DNA of 35,721 nucleotides from an uncultured Methanosarcinales archaeon (GCA_964362485.1 CAYIEX010000002.1:1-35721), one strand, 5' to 3'. Numbered from the stretch's first letter, positions 1-8,371 are shown. The notes: a model not told the origin generated them from the sequence alone. Program-made: numbers and translations.

Positions 1-1391
1 ATTGCCTCTTGCATACGAGTGTGGGTAACATAACCACCGTTATACTGCTCGCAAAGATCACGTACAGCAGCGTGAATTTCAGCATAATCACGCGTTTGAT
101 TAACATTTCCCATGATTGCATACCTACTAGTGAGATCGCTCACCATATTAGTAACATCATCAGACCCATACTGATCTTTTCTTTTAACCTGGTAAGCATG
201 CGGTGTTGAAGCAACCGGAACTGTCCTAAATAGAGCCTCAGAATCTTTAACTCCTTCGTCAATCCCATACGTAACCCCAATCTCCAATTGCCGACCATGA
301 AATTCAAGAGTATCCCGCCAGGTTCTCCCACCAGTATTAGGAGTAAAATCAGTTGCCAGTAACGCAATTGCTGCATGCGACGCATCACTTGCCGGAGTAT
401 CCACTAAACCAACGAAATCCCGTTCACAAGTAGCAATCCCTAGTTGCCCCATTGCATCAAGGAACACTTGACGTGTCGAACCACTCGTAATCCAATCATC
501 ATATCCCCGAACTTTCATACCAGTACCAAGAGTAGGATATTTTTCGTTGAGCGCATCAACTAACAGCATTAAAGCAACATTGCGATCATTTCCTTCTCCA
601 CATTGCTCAAGCGCAGCCGTAATTTTATCATACCCGCAAAACTTAAAATTCATCACCCGTGGCCCACGTTCAAAATGAGCTAAACCAAGAAGCTCCTGCA
701 CACCCATTGCAGCACTGTGAGCTCCTCGATCTACAAACATCATCACCTCAACACCGTCCTCATAAGCTTGGCGCACAAGAGGAAGCATACTCTCAACTAT
801 CTGTTCAGCATCAACAAATTTCATTTGACGCTGTCTCCCGCGGTAATCATTTCCAGCCCCCACAGTGCCAATTCGAGATGCCAAGGTATTCAAAAAGTCG
901 CCCAAATCTCTAAGTGGTGCACCCCCGCCACGTAGGGGTTCCCCTTCAAATTCCTCTTTTGGGATAAGTGATCCCACACCATAAGATCCAATAAGCCACT
1001 CCAATTGACTTCCCATTCCGTAATCCAATCCTTGAACGGATTGTATGAATACCGCTAATGACTCCCGTTCCTTATCTGATAAAGGAGAAAGTTCTTTTTC
1101 AAATAGCTGATTTTGAATTCTCAAAGAAGCTGGCCCGTAAGGTATTGCACCCGCAAAATCACCGGCAAAGTCCCAGACAGAAAGAACAGATCGATCTGCA
1201 AAATAGCGCTGTGCTATTTCATCCAACAATGCAGCATTCTGGTGATAAACACGAGCCCCCGCTCGGATAAGACTCATTCCCTGTCCAGCAAACGAATCCT
1301 CTAGAGGGCGATTGATAGGTATCGATAACCCTAAGTATCCTGCAGCAAGAAAACTAAGTGTCCGACCGGAAAATTCAGATCGCCGACTCAT
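1..1391 (-). CDS. Hypothetical protein, C-terminus beyond the left window edge (>=463 aa), with a central phosphoribosyltransferase-like segment
   Basis: Absent from the ORF track because it has no stop in the window. Manual reverse-complement translation from the ATG at 1391..1389 runs stop-free to base 1: MSRRSEFSGRTLSFLAAGYLG...VEVMMFVDRGAHSAAMGVQELL...MKVRGYDDWITSGSTRQVFLDAMG...YVTHTRMQEA. The VRGYDDWITSGST stretch resembles the PRPP-binding loop of type I PRTases (weak, by eye). The short + strand ORFs listed at 9..1512 are shadows of this ORF. Confidence 0.6.
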   Translation of the reverse strand, partial: MSRRSEFSGRTLSFLAAGYLGLSIPINRPLEDSFAGQGMSLIRAGARVYHQNAALLDEIAQRYFADRSVLSVWDFAGDFAGAIPYGPASLRIQNQLFEKELSPLSDKERESLAVFIQSVQGLDYGMGSQLEWLIGSYGVGSLIPKEEFEGEPLRGGGAPLRDLGDFLNTLASRIGTVGAGNDYRGRQRQMKFVDAEQIVESMLPLVRQAYEDGVEVMMFVDRGAHSAAMGVQELLGLAHFERGPRVMNFKFCGYDKITAALEQCGEGNDRNVALMLLVDALNEKYPTLGTGMKVRGYDDWITSGSTRQVFLDAMGQLGIATCERDFVGLVDTPASDASHAAIALLATDFTPNTGGRTWRDTLEFHGRQLEIGVTYGIDEGVKDSEALFRTVPVASTPHAYQVKRKDQYGSDDVTNMVSDLTSRYAIMGNVNQTRDYAEIHAAVRDLCEQYNGGYVTHTRMQEA

Positions 1392-1525
1392 TGTTTTTGC
1401 TCCACAAACTGTAAAATGGCTTCTTCTACTAAATGAGAGCGATTGCGATACGTACGTCTATGTGCTGATGCCAAGAGCTTCTGCATTGTTCCTTCCTCGA
1501 GCGATACACTGAGCCGTATTTTCAT
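1388..1525 (-). CDS. Ribbon-helix-helix (CopG/Arc/MetJ-like) small DNA-binding protein, 45 aa
   Basis: Below the ORF-track size cutoff. Manual translation gives MKIRLSVSLEEGTMQKLLASAHRRTYRNRSHLVEEAILQFVEQKQ*. This fits a classic RHH layout: N-terminal beta strand (RLSVSL) followed by two helices. Its TGA stop overlaps the ATG of the downstream 1..1391 ORF (ATGA, 4-nt overlap). A TATA-like box lies about 27 nt upstream. Confidence 0.6.
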   Translation of the reverse strand: MKIRLSVSLEEGTMQKLLASAHRRTYRNRSHLVEEAILQFVEQKQ

Positions 1526-1548
1526 TATGTAAGAAAAAGTATTACTAC

Positions 1549-1556
1549 TTTAAATA
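1549..1556 (-). promoter_or_regulatory. TATA-like box (TTTAAATA) about 27 nt upstream of the RHH ATG
   Basis: AT-rich box in the divergent 1526..1660 intergenic region. The spacing fits a leaderless archaeal transcript. Confidence 0.4.
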
Positions 1557-1660
1557 CTTTTCTAAAATTAACCACTAATGAGAGACAACGACAAAATATG
1601 TAATTTCTCATCCAATACCTTTAAAAATAACCCCCTATAATCATCTCATGAGGTACTCTC

Positions 1661-2275
1661 ATGACAGCAAAAAAAGCAACTACCACAGAAACAAAAACAA
1701 CTACAAAATCAACTGGCCCATTACAAGCAGGCGATACCGTCACATTACACTATACTGGCACATTATCCGATGGCTCCGTCTTTGACTCATCCGAAGGTCA
1801 ATCACCACTCTTCTTCGCTGTAGGCTCCGGCCAAGTTATTCCCGGATTCGATAAAGCAGTTGAGGGCATGAAAGTAGATCAAGAAAAAACATTTACTATT
1901 CCCGTAAGTGAAGCCTATGGACCTGTACGAGCAGAGCTACTCAAAGAATTTCCAAAAGATAAGCTTCCAAAAGAAATTGAACCCAAAGTAGGAATGCAAC
2001 TGGTAATGCAAGGGCCTAACGGGCAAGCAATACCTGTTAAAATCGCCAAAGTAGCAAGTGATGCAATCACAATCGACTTAAACCATCCACTTGCAGGAAA
2101 AGATCTTACATTTAAAATTAAAATAGTCGGAATTAACGAAGAACCTCCCAAGCATGACCACGAAGGTGGTTGTTGTGATGAAAAAGAAGACAGTGAAGGT
2201 GGTTGTGGTTCTGGAAACTGCGGTTCTGGCAGTTGTGGATCAGATACCTGCGGATCAGGGAACTGTTGCAAATAA
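1661..2275 (+). CDS. slyD: FKBP-type peptidyl-prolyl cis-trans isomerase, SlyD-like, with a Cys/Gly/Ser-rich C-terminal tail
   Basis: FKBP core: GDTVTLHYTGTLSDGSVFDSS...FAVGSGQVIPGFDKAVEGMKV. It has an insert-in-flap segment and LNHPLAGKDLTFKIKIVGI. The tail is HDHEGGCCDEKEDSEGGCGSGNCGSGSCGSDTCGSGNCCK. A TTTAAAAATA box lies about 35 nt upstream. Confidence 0.85.
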   Translation: MTAKKATTTETKTTTKSTGPLQAGDTVTLHYTGTLSDGSVFDSSEGQSPLFFAVGSGQVIPGFDKAVEGMKVDQEKTFTIPVSEAYGPVRAELLKEFPKDKLPKEIEPKVGMQLVMQGPNGQAIPVKIAKVASDAITIDLNHPLAGKDLTFKIKIVGINEEPPKHDHEGGCCDEKEDSEGGCGSGNCGSGSCGSDTCGSGNCCK

Positions 2276-2283
2276 ATACGTGA

Positions 2284-2841
2284 ATGAAACCACGCCTTTA
2301 TCTTTTTTCTTTCTTCTTTACCATTCTAATTCTCTTTCTATCCTACAAAATAGCAATTATCGTCACTCCCCTAACCCCACACCAGCAAGAAACATTTAAT
2401 TTTGTATACAATAACCAACCGCTATCGCTCAACTATACCAGTAACGAAGTTTCCCATCTAAGCGATGTCAAGAATGTAACATTCATTGCCGACCTTGTTT
2501 TCTATCTAAGCCTAGCTGTAACAACACTCATTCTCACTTCCATACGCAATAAAAAAGAGTGGCCTCATTTCTTATGGAACGCGAGTATCCACGGAATTTG
2601 CTTTATTGTCCTCACCATCATCGCAATAAGTATCAGCTTTGAAACTATTTTTACCTATTTTCACTACCTTTTTTTTCCACAAGGAAATTGGACCTTCCCT
2701 TTCAATTCATTATTAATTCAGACATTTCCAGAAGAATTCTTTCAGACCATCGCCCTTACAATTTTTGGGTTAGCCATAGCTATCCTAATAGTAATAGCAA
2801 TATTGAGTAGAATAAGAATCAAGAGAATGGGAAGATCATAA
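2284..2841 (+). CDS. Integral membrane protein, possibly DUF1461/TIGR01906-like
   Basis: Four or five hydrophobic segments. The SNEVSHLSDVKNV stretch resembles the conserved H..DVK motif of that family (by eye only). It lies 9 nt after the slyD stop, so it is probably co-transcribed. Confidence 0.45.
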   Translation: MKPRLYLFSFFFTILILFLSYKIAIIVTPLTPHQQETFNFVYNNQPLSLNYTSNEVSHLSDVKNVTFIADLVFYLSLAVTTLILTSIRNKKEWPHFLWNASIHGICFIVLTIIAISISFETIFTYFHYLFFPQGNWTFPFNSLLIQTFPEEFFQTIALTIFGLAIAILIVIAILSRIRIKRMGRS

Positions 2842-2897
2842 AGCAAATGTTAACAAAAACTGTCTTTGTCTTCCCCATTCTCGAGAAATATGAAAAA

Positions 2898-2931
2898 CCC
2901 CTGACAAACCGCTTGCGCGGTTTGCTCGGGG
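2898..2931. other. GC-rich hairpin in a gene-less gap
   Basis: CCCC-TGA-CAAACCGC-TTGC-GCGGTTTG-CTC-GGGG forms an 8-bp perfect stem plus a 4-bp outer stem. An A-run lies 5' on the + strand, which is a T-run following the hairpin on the - strand. Confidence 0.4.
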
Positions 2932-3157
2932 AAAAAGAGGTGATAGATGTTTAATATTCTAAAATGCACGGCTCTATATAAACCTTTCGGCCAATTTAGT
3001 ATTTTTTAGTAGTGAACCAATTTCTAGTCTACTATCTAGTCAGTGAAAACGAGTTGTACTCAGCAATTAAGAGCGACGCGCCGTCACCATCCCCCAGTCA
3101 AATAAACATGCTTCAAACTCGATGTTGGCGTAGTGCTCTTAGTAGAGAATCGATACG

Positions 3158-3175
3158 TTTTTATAATTTAAAAAA
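3158..3175 (+). promoter_or_regulatory. TATA-like box TTTTTATAATTTAAAAAA upstream of the ATG at 3188
   Basis: Centred about 22-25 nt upstream of the first ATG. The track start at 3179 is a TTG that would sit inside or adjacent to the box. Confidence 0.45.
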
Positions 3176-3187
3176 CCATTGTACCAT

Positions 3188-3937
3188 ATGAATATACCCA
3201 AAATAATGGCCCTTATTACCACTATTCTTCTAATCCTGCCTCTTTTTGAGGCTGCAACTCTCAAAGGAACAATATATGACAGTAATTTGGAACTAGAAAA
3301 CAATGTTTTCGTCCAAATCAACTCAACCCCAGCTCAGCAATACCTTGCCAAAGAAGGAACATATCTTTTTGAACTGCTTCCGGGAACCTATCTGCTTACG
3401 GCCAACACAGAAACAACACGGATTCGTGAAACAATCGAAATCAAAGAAGAAGGCTCATTCATCTACGACCTTTTCATGCTCCCCTCCCTTGAAGAAGAAG
3501 AACAACTCTGGCAAGATACCCAAGAAAATCCGCTCGCTTCCATTGAAGAACCAAATTATGGCATTTGGCCGTATCTAGTCGCAGGGATCCTCTTTGCAAT
3601 TGCCCTTATCCGTATCATCTATTACCGCAGAAAATATGGCTCCGTAAGCTTCTTTCGAAAAAAAATAAAAGCCGAGAGTGTCAAAAGTCTTGATGAAGTA
3701 AAAGCAGAATTAGCACAAGAACCCGCCTATTTCGACCAAGCGTTAGATATCATCCATAAACATGAAGGAAGAATCTCCCAAAAAGAATTGCGTAGAGAAA
3801 TGAACTATCTCTCTGAAGCGAAAGTGAGTCTCATCGTTGCAGAGTTAGAACATCGTGGAAAAATCGAGAAGATTAAAAAAGGACGGGGCAACTTGATCTT
3901 TATTCGCAACAATGAGATCAAAACAGAGACCCGTTGA
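3188..3937 (+). CDS. Membrane-anchored protein: signal peptide, carboxypeptidase-regulatory-like beta domain, one TM, cytoplasmic winged-helix domain (COG2512-like architecture)
   Basis: Signal peptide MNIPKIMALITTILLILPLFEAA. Beta domain GTIYDSNLELENNVFVQI...EGTYLFELLPGTYLLTA. TM helix WPYLVAGILFAIALIRIIYY. C-terminal wHTH: ISQKELRREMNYLSEAKVSLIVAELEHRGKIEKIKKGRGNLI. Start trimmed from TTG 3179 to ATG 3188. Confidence 0.6.
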   Translation: MNIPKIMALITTILLILPLFEAATLKGTIYDSNLELENNVFVQINSTPAQQYLAKEGTYLFELLPGTYLLTANTETTRIRETIEIKEEGSFIYDLFMLPSLEEEEQLWQDTQENPLASIEEPNYGIWPYLVAGILFAIALIRIIYYRRKYGSVSFFRKKIKAESVKSLDEVKAELAQEPAYFDQALDIIHKHEGRISQKELRREMNYLSEAKVSLIVAELEHRGKIEKIKKGRGNLIFIRNNEIKTETR

Positions 3938-5138
3938 CCAAGGATTTGACCTTGCTGGCAGATACCACGATGAAATAGGACAGGTCCGACTTCTCAGTAC
4001 AGCTGAAGAATATGATCTAGCCGATAAAATTGAAGCAAGTTATTACCAAATCTTTGATGTACTATGTAACACTAGAATCAGTGACAGAAGACCACATTAT
4101 TATGGACTAAAACTTCTACGTGAATATCTCGAAAGCGGGATTAGAAAACAAGATATCGAAAAGTATGATGGATCCTTGCGTCGACGCCGAATATTGCCAC
4201 ACCAAGAAGAAGATGCAGAAGAGAGAGAACCTCCGCTTCGCAACAAACATCCAACAAAGCGTCAAGAAGCTTACTTTAATTATTGTTACAGAGAGATTTA
4301 TCTTCGTAAACCCATCCGCCAGGCAGGAATAAGTCTCAGTTCCATCCTCACAAAAAGCCACCACCATGAAGCTAAAAGTCTCTTACTACACGCTGAAAAA
4401 CAACTTGAAAAAGACCGAGAAGATTTCATCCTCGCCAATCGTCGTCTAGTAGCAAGTATCGCCAAAAAATATGTAAACTATGGTCTAAGCTATCTTGATT
4501 TAAATCAGGAAGGGTCCACCGGTCTCATGAGTGCAATCGATAAATATGACCATAAAAAGGGTCATAAATTCTCAACCTATGCAACCTGGTGGATCAGACA
4601 AGCCATGACTCGCGCCACTGCCGATCAAGGAAAGACCATCCGTCTTCCCGTGCACATCCATGAACTCCTTACAAAAATCTACCGAGTACAAAACCAGCTT
4701 TGGCAAGAATTGCATCGTGAACCAACCACCCAAGAGATTGCAGATACACTTGATTTGAAAATTGACAAAATCGTGCGATATATAGACCTAAAAGACCCCC
4801 TTCCCACTTCTCTTCCCGTAGGGGAAAATGAAGAATCTGAACTAGGAGACTTCATCCCCGATACTGATCCTAGTCCCGAAACAAATGTAAATCAACTAGA
4901 AGAGCAACGGATCCTTGACAATCATCTTAGAAAGCTCACGCCGCGCGAAGAATTTGTCATACGAGGACGCTTCGGTCTAGGTTCGTTAAGTATGCCGCAA
5001 TCCTACGGAAAAGACAAAACACTTGATGAAGTAGGAAATGATTTTGATCTGACAAGAGAAAGGATTCGTCAAATTGAAGCCAAAGCAATCCGAAAATTAC
5101 GACAAAAACTAAAATCCAAAGGATTAAATGATGACTAA
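3912..5138 (+). CDS. RNA polymerase sigma-70 family protein, RpoD/SigA-like (regions 1.2, 2, 3 and 4 present)
   Basis: Region 1.2: YHDEIGQVRLLSTAEEYDLADKI. Region 2: NRRLVASIAKKYVNYGLSYLDLNQEGSTGLMSAIDKYDHKKGHKFSTYATWWIRQAMTRATADQGKTIRLPVH. Region 3: LTKIYRVQNQLWQELHREPTTQEIADTL. Region 4.2: TLDEVGNDFDLTRERIRQIEAKAIRKLR. The ATG at 3912 overlaps the upstream gene by 26 nt, and there is no other in-frame start. Confidence 0.85.
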   Translation: MRSKQRPVDQGFDLAGRYHDEIGQVRLLSTAEEYDLADKIEASYYQIFDVLCNTRISDRRPHYYGLKLLREYLESGIRKQDIEKYDGSLRRRRILPHQEEDAEEREPPLRNKHPTKRQEAYFNYCYREIYLRKPIRQAGISLSSILTKSHHHEAKSLLLHAEKQLEKDREDFILANRRLVASIAKKYVNYGLSYLDLNQEGSTGLMSAIDKYDHKKGHKFSTYATWWIRQAMTRATADQGKTIRLPVHIHELLTKIYRVQNQLWQELHREPTTQEIADTLDLKIDKIVRYIDLKDPLPTSLPVGENEESELGDFIPDTDPSPETNVNQLEEQRILDNHLRKLTPREEFVIRGRFGLGSLSMPQSYGKDKTLDEVGNDFDLTRERIRQIEAKAIRKLRQKLKSKGLNDD

Positions 5139-5204
5139 AGTAGTACCATGTTGAGCAATAGCAGAAGTACAAAGTGAATAAAATAGCAGCAATTCACAAT
5201 TAAC

Positions 5205-5216
5205 TTTTTATATAAG
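5205..5216 (+). promoter_or_regulatory. TATA-like box TTTTTATATAAG about 25 nt upstream of the ileS ATG
   Basis: Position and composition fit a leaderless transcript. Confidence 0.45.
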
Positions 5217-5234
5217 AGCTTCTCCGCTAGAGTA

Positions 5235-8200
5235 ATGAAATTTCCAACCTATAAAGCCCAAGAAGCTGAACTTGAAATTCTAAAACATTGGAAAACACAT
5301 AAAATTACCGAATCACTCAGAATAAGGAATGAAAACGGCCCAAAATTTTATTTTCTCGAAGGACCACCTTATACCTCTGGTCGCGTACATGTTGGTACCG
5401 CATGGCAAACATCAATGAAGGATATTGTTCTGCGTTATAAACGCATGCAAAAATTCAATGTCTGGGACCGCATGGGTTATGACATGCACGGTTTACCAAC
5501 AGAACAGAAAGTAATGGCTAAACTCGATCTCAAAAACAAAGAAGACATCGAAAAATACGGCCTAAAGAAATTCACTGATGAGTGTGAAAAATTCTGCAGC
5601 GAAATGATGCACAAGATGAATGAAGATTTCATCCGCCTTGGTATTACCATGGACTTCAGTGATCCTTATCAACCAATTAAAAAAGAATTTATGGAAGGAG
5701 AATGGTGGCTTATTAAAAGGGCCCATGAAAAGGGTAGACTCTATCAGGGTCTTCGAACCATGCACTGGGATGCAGCAACGCAAACCGCCGTTGCCAAACA
5801 CGAAATCGAATATAAATCTGTCAAAGATACATCCATTTATGTTAAATTTCCTCTCAAAAACAAAAGAAAGACTTTTTTTATCATTTGGACCACGACACCT
5901 TGGACCATACCTCTTAATCTCGCTATTATGGCCAATCCCGATTTAACGTATGCCGAAGTCGCCGTAAATGGTGAAACCTGGATTATGACCGAAGCTCTAG
6001 TGAAATCCGTCATGACAAAAGCGAAAATTACAGAGTATCAAATCAAAAATACGTACGTCGGAAAAATGATTGAGGGCCAAGAATATGAACACCCCCTGAA
6101 CATAAAAAGCAATCTCCCAAAAGAGCTCCAACATAACAAGCGCCTTTTCACTGTACTTTTAACAACTGAATACGTTGACGCAAGTACGGGAACAGGACTT
6201 GTTCACTGTGCACCAGGCTGTGGACCTGAAGATTACGAAGTTGGACATCTTCATCATATCCCTCCATTCAATTGTGTAAATGAAGAAGGATTTTTCGAAA
6301 ATTTTGGTGATTTCACTGGTCTCAAAGCTAAAAGTGATGACCCTAAATTCATTGCTGCAATTAAAGCAGCAGACGCACTCATCGCAAAAGAATCCTATGT
6401 GCACGATTATCCGCATGGAGAGCGCAGTCACGAACCAATCATCTTTAGAACGACAAAACAATGGTTCTTCAAAGTTGAAGACCTTAAAGAAAAGATGTTA
6501 AAAGCCAACGAGGATATTAATTGGAATCCTATTGCCGCTAAAAATGGTTTTAACGCTTGGTTGGAAAACCTTCGTGATAATTCTATTACCAAACAACGCT
6601 ATTGGGGTACACCTGTTCCCATATGGCAAGCACCGGATGGTGATTATCTGGTTGTTGGCTGTATTGCTGAACTTGAAGAGCTTTCCGGCCAAAAAATCAC
6701 CAATATGCACATACCTGATATAGATAAAATCATAATTGAAAAAGACGGAAAAGTCTACAAACGGGTTCCCGACGTTCTTGATGTCTGGATTGATGCTGGA
6801 ACCGCCTCGTGGAACTGCCTTGACTTCCCAAAAAACAAAGAACTTTTTGAAAAATTCTTTCCCGCTGATTTCATTTTAGAAGGAAAAGATCAGATCCGCG
6901 GCTGGTTCAATCTTTTAATGATCGCATCATTCCTTGCTTTTGATAAACCAGCTTTCAAGAATGTCTACATGAACGGTTTTGTCACCGATGTCAACGGTGT
7001 AAAAATGTCAAAATCACTAGGGAACATCATTTCTCCATACGAACTCATCGATAAATATGGAGCAGATGTCCTTCGCTATTACATGTTCCAAACTAACGCC
7101 GGCGAAGATATTAACTTTAGCTGGGATGAGTGTGCCATAAAATCACGCTATCTCACTATTATGTGGAATGTGCATAAACTACTCCTCAATCTTGCTGAAG
7201 AAAATAAAATCAACCCATTCACTTTAAACAGTGAAATCATCCATAACGTAATGGACTCAGAAGAGCGCTACATTATATCCAAACTTCACAGCGCAATTGA
7301 AACAGTAACAGCGCTCCTCGAAACCTATCGTCTTGATGAGATAATCGCTCCGATTGAAGATCTTTTCTTAGAACTATCAAGAACCTATATTCAAATGGTT
7401 CGTGAAAAAAGTTCGCAAGGAGAAGATCAGGACAAAGAAGTCTGCGCCTACACCATTGCTCACGTCCTCCTCGAGACCCTCAAAATGTTCCATTTGGTAG
7501 CTCCATTCATGACTGAAGCAATTTATCTTAATCTTAAGGATGCATTTAATCTCCAAGAGGAAAGTCTTAGCCACTTCAATTGGCCAAAGGCAGACCACGC
7601 TAAGATCAATAAAGATCTCGAACGAGATTTTGAAATTACAAAATCAGTTATCCAAGCAGCCCTCGGTGCACGAGAAAAAGCACAACTCGGTGTCCGTTGG
7701 CCAGTTAAAGAAATAATCGTTGTCAGCAAAAATAGAGATACAATAACCGCGGTTGGAAAGTTACGTGATATCATCAAAAAGCAAACCAATACAAAATCAA
7801 TAAGCGTACTCGATAGTCTCCCCGGCATGAAATTCAAAATTCGTCCTGATTACAGCAAAATCGGACCGGTCTACGCTGAACATTCACCCCAAATTATTAC
7901 CAAACTAACTATTGATAGCCCGCAAACCATCTTGACTCATTTCGAGCGCGAGGGTGTCTATCGATTCGAGTTAGACGGGCGCTCAGTTGAAATCAAACCC
8001 GAGATGGTTTTAATCGAACGTGAAGTTCCTGCCGGTTTTATTGAGAGCGAAGCAAAAGGCGGTTTTGTATATCTTGACACCCATCGAACCCAAGACCTCG
8101 AAGCAGAGGGCTTCGCTCGCGAAGTAGCCCGTAATATCCAAGAAATAAGAAAGAAAAGTGGTCTGCAAAAGCTTGAACGCATCGCACTCTATCTTAAAAC

Positions 8201-8369
8201 TAGCGAAACCCTCAAACCATTGCTCGACTCATTTAAAGTAGATATGGCCGAAAAAGTCGGCGCTGAAAAGTTTGATGTAGGTTCCGTCGATCCTCTGCGC
8301 AAACACCAAATTCATATCGATTTTAAAGTCAAGCAAGAGAGTTTCACGGTATGCTTTGATAAGTTGTAG
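5235..8369 (+). CDS. ileS: Isoleucine--tRNA ligase (archaeal-length, 1044 aa)
   Basis: HIGH-type motif PPYTSGRVHVGTAW, KMSKS motif VKMSKSLGN, a CP1 editing-domain-length insertion, and the WTTTPWT motif. Confidence 0.95.
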   Translation: MKFPTYKAQEAELEILKHWKTHKITESLRIRNENGPKFYFLEGPPYTSGRVHVGTAWQTSMKDIVLRYKRMQKFNVWDRMGYDMHGLPTEQKVMAKLDLKNKEDIEKYGLKKFTDECEKFCSEMMHKMNEDFIRLGITMDFSDPYQPIKKEFMEGEWWLIKRAHEKGRLYQGLRTMHWDAATQTAVAKHEIEYKSVKDTSIYVKFPLKNKRKTFFIIWTTTPWTIPLNLAIMANPDLTYAEVAVNGETWIMTEALVKSVMTKAKITEYQIKNTYVGKMIEGQEYEHPLNIKSNLPKELQHNKRLFTVLLTTEYVDASTGTGLVHCAPGCGPEDYEVGHLHHIPPFNCVNEEGFFENFGDFTGLKAKSDDPKFIAAIKAADALIAKESYVHDYPHGERSHEPIIFRTTKQWFFKVEDLKEKMLKANEDINWNPIAAKNGFNAWLENLRDNSITKQRYWGTPVPIWQAPDGDYLVVGCIAELEELSGQKITNMHIPDIDKIIIEKDGKVYKRVPDVLDVWIDAGTASWNCLDFPKNKELFEKFFPADFILEGKDQIRGWFNLLMIASFLAFDKPAFKNVYMNGFVTDVNGVKMSKSLGNIISPYELIDKYGADVLRYYMFQTNAGEDINFSWDECAIKSRYLTIMWNVHKLLLNLAEENKINPFTLNSEIIHNVMDSEERYIISKLHSAIETVTALLETYRLDEIIAPIEDLFLELSRTYIQMVREKSSQGEDQDKEVCAYTIAHVLLETLKMFHLVAPFMTEAIYLNLKDAFNLQEESLSHFNWPKADHAKINKDLERDFEITKSVIQAALGAREKAQLGVRWPVKEIIVVSKNRDTITAVGKLRDIIKKQTNTKSISVLDSLPGMKFKIRPDYSKIGPVYAEHSPQIITKLTIDSPQTILTHFEREGVYRFELDGRSVEIKPEMVLIEREVPAGFIESEAKGGFVYLDTHRTQDLEAEGFAREVARNIQEIRKKSGLQKLERIALYLKTSETLKPLLDSFKVDMAEKVGAEKFDVGSVDPLRKHQIHIDFKVKQESFTVCFDKL

Positions 8370-8371
8370 AA

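Noticed and set aside
9-1512. Eight short ORFs from the track (seven on the plus strand and 140..388 on the minus strand) covering the first 1.5 kb
   Set aside because: All lie inside or overlap the long stop-free minus-strand ORF (1..1391) and the RHH ORF. They have low-complexity, non-protein-like translations and no TATA boxes.
2842-3178. tRNA gene (TCAGCAATTAAGAGC resembles a D-arm)
   Set aside because: No matching acceptor stem, anticodon stem or GTTCRAATC-type T-loop on either strand. I also found no T-loop motif in the other intergenic gaps I inspected (5139..5234, 14111..14252, 15647..15840, 20670..20794, 23652..23907, 34715..35035).
3139-3321. 60-aa minus-strand ORF overlapping the start of the wHTH membrane gene
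   Set aside because: It is antisense to a well-supported CDS and spans that gene's TATA box. Its translation looks like a shadow ORF.
3912-5138. Sigma-70 gene as evidence that the contig is bacterial (for example CPR) or a trivial contaminant
   Set aside because: Archaea-specific genes (S6e, class I CCA enzyme, archaeal-type ProRS, class III signal-peptide protein) and TATA-box promoters occur elsewhere in the window. The sigma ORF physically overlaps its upstream neighbour and is followed within 100 bp by ileS with a TATA box. A chimeric assembly cannot be excluded without read data.
5562-8182. Antisense and off-frame ORFs within ileS (for example 5562..5801, 6159..6461, 7523..7837)
   Set aside because: They are shadow ORFs inside a high-confidence 1044-aa synthetase gene. 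The same reasoning applies to 12726..13656 inside proS, 15791..16981 inside and around ftsZ, and 26101..26859, 27029..27853 and 29161..29487 inside the KaiC-like genes.
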